Shown in pieces: positions 63,201-64,000 of a DNA stretch of 64,000 bases. A program made the translations under genes and the position numbers. Location: contig NIVC01001502.1 in assembly GCA_002269645.1 (NCBI GenBank), positions 131,827 through 195,826 on the forward strand. Direction: 5' to 3'. Positions within the stretch are counted from its first letter, which is position 1; the number at the start of each line of letters is the position of its first letter. This DNA comes from Macrostomum lignano (Eukaryota). A model generated the notes under the pieces. The model was given only the letters and a program-made list of their open reading frames with translations, did no database searches and was not told where the DNA came from.

Positions 63201-64000
63201 CCATGTCAAGCGACTCTTCGCCCAGTTCCTTCATCTCGCTCTGGTGCGGGTCGCTGAGCACCGAGGCACCGGAGGCCGTGAGCAGCTCGCAGGCAATCTC
63301 CAAGATTTCCTGTTCGGTCCGGAACGTGCAACTTAGGCAGTTGATCATGACGCTAAGATCAACCTTGGCGTCGGCTCTAATTAACGACTGAACCAGGTGG
63401 CAGAGTTCGTGCCCGCTGAAGTGCTCGCTGCCGATGAGCACTTCCAGGCAGCTGCGCTTGTCAAAGTACGCGGTGTCCGGGGTGGCCCCGCGACTAAGCA
63501 GGAAGGCCACCAGCTCAGAGGCCACCGCTGGGTCTTTGACGTGCGAGATGATGGCGCAGATGAGGTTCTCCGACTTGCCTGACGCGTCCAGCTCGCCGGT
63601 GAGAAACGGCTTTGGTAGGCTTTGCAGCAGCACGAACAGCATCGCGGTGGTGTCCACGCTGCAGGCCTTCATCAGCGGCGTCAGCCTCTGCGCCGTGCGC
63701 TCCTGCTGACGCAACAACGACTGCAGCGTCGCGTGGCCGAGGCAATCCTTCGTCAGCAGGTTGGTCAGCAGAAACGGACTCTCCAACTCAATGCTGGCGT
63801 GCAGGAGGTTTCGCCCTTCCTCGTCGGTGTCGGTGAGCTTTCTTAGAAAGCCGTGCCTGACCAGCCAGTCGAATGAGTCGAAGGAGTCGCGCAAAGTGAC
63901 CATGAAGTAGCTGGGCACGGAGCGCCAGTTGAATCTGCGCTGTTCAAGCGCGAACACGGAGTCCTCGGGCAGGTCCGATTGCGGTGCAAAATCGATGCAC
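57235..64000 (-). CDS. Divergent ankyrin-repeat TRPA-like cation channel, 5'-partial
   Basis: Phase-consistent exons >64000-63079, 62171-59847, 59446-59278, 59192-58999, 58204-57908, 57387-57235. Degenerate ankyrin repeats (DEEGRNLLHASI, LTPLMKAC, FLLSRGATPD), six TM segments, and a TRPA-type S6 FFFVVTMPIVLMNLFIGLIVGDV. Confidence 0.87.
57465..57895. repeat. Degenerate minisatellite, about 32 bp cagacatgcggacactaagacatccttacag, last TRP intron
   Basis: Tandem diverged copies. Confidence 0.85.

Noticed and set aside
52239-64000. Adjacent DEG/ENaC and TRPA genes (plus a PDZ scaffold in the window) as a co-regulated sensory cluster
   Set aside because: Only proximity supports it; both families are large, so adjacency is unremarkable without expression data.

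Overview
Eukaryotic (animal) genomic DNA with GC-rich exons, GT-AG introns and minisatellite arrays filling almost every long intron. The style resembles a free-living flatworm such as Macrostomum (inference, not verified). Plus strand: the 3' half of a multi-PDZ scaffold gene (MPDZ/PATJ type, 12 confident coding exons plus one tentative, 12-25540). Minus strand, by increasing coordinate: PSMA5, a 1218-codon FG-repeat nucleoporin-like exon with no visible start exon, RPS3, SIAH, a decayed Ty3/Gypsy integrase, an intronless DEG/ENaC channel, and a 5'-truncated divergent TRPA-like channel. Main discovery: seven copies of one box C/D snoRNA family, three in RPS3 intron 1 and four in the SIAH intron. 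They have covarying non-canonical boxes (C = RTGATTA, D = ATGA) and an invariant guide antisense to the conserved LSU rRNA segment AUGUGAACAGCAG. They have been amplified inside a satellite-flanked cassette shared by the two neighbouring genes. Other leads: a candidate RPS3 to FG-Nup operon needing a trans-spliced AUG, minisatellites seeded from splice sites, and a sharply bounded CpG-depleted 2.7 kb block. All calls were made by eye, with no searches run.
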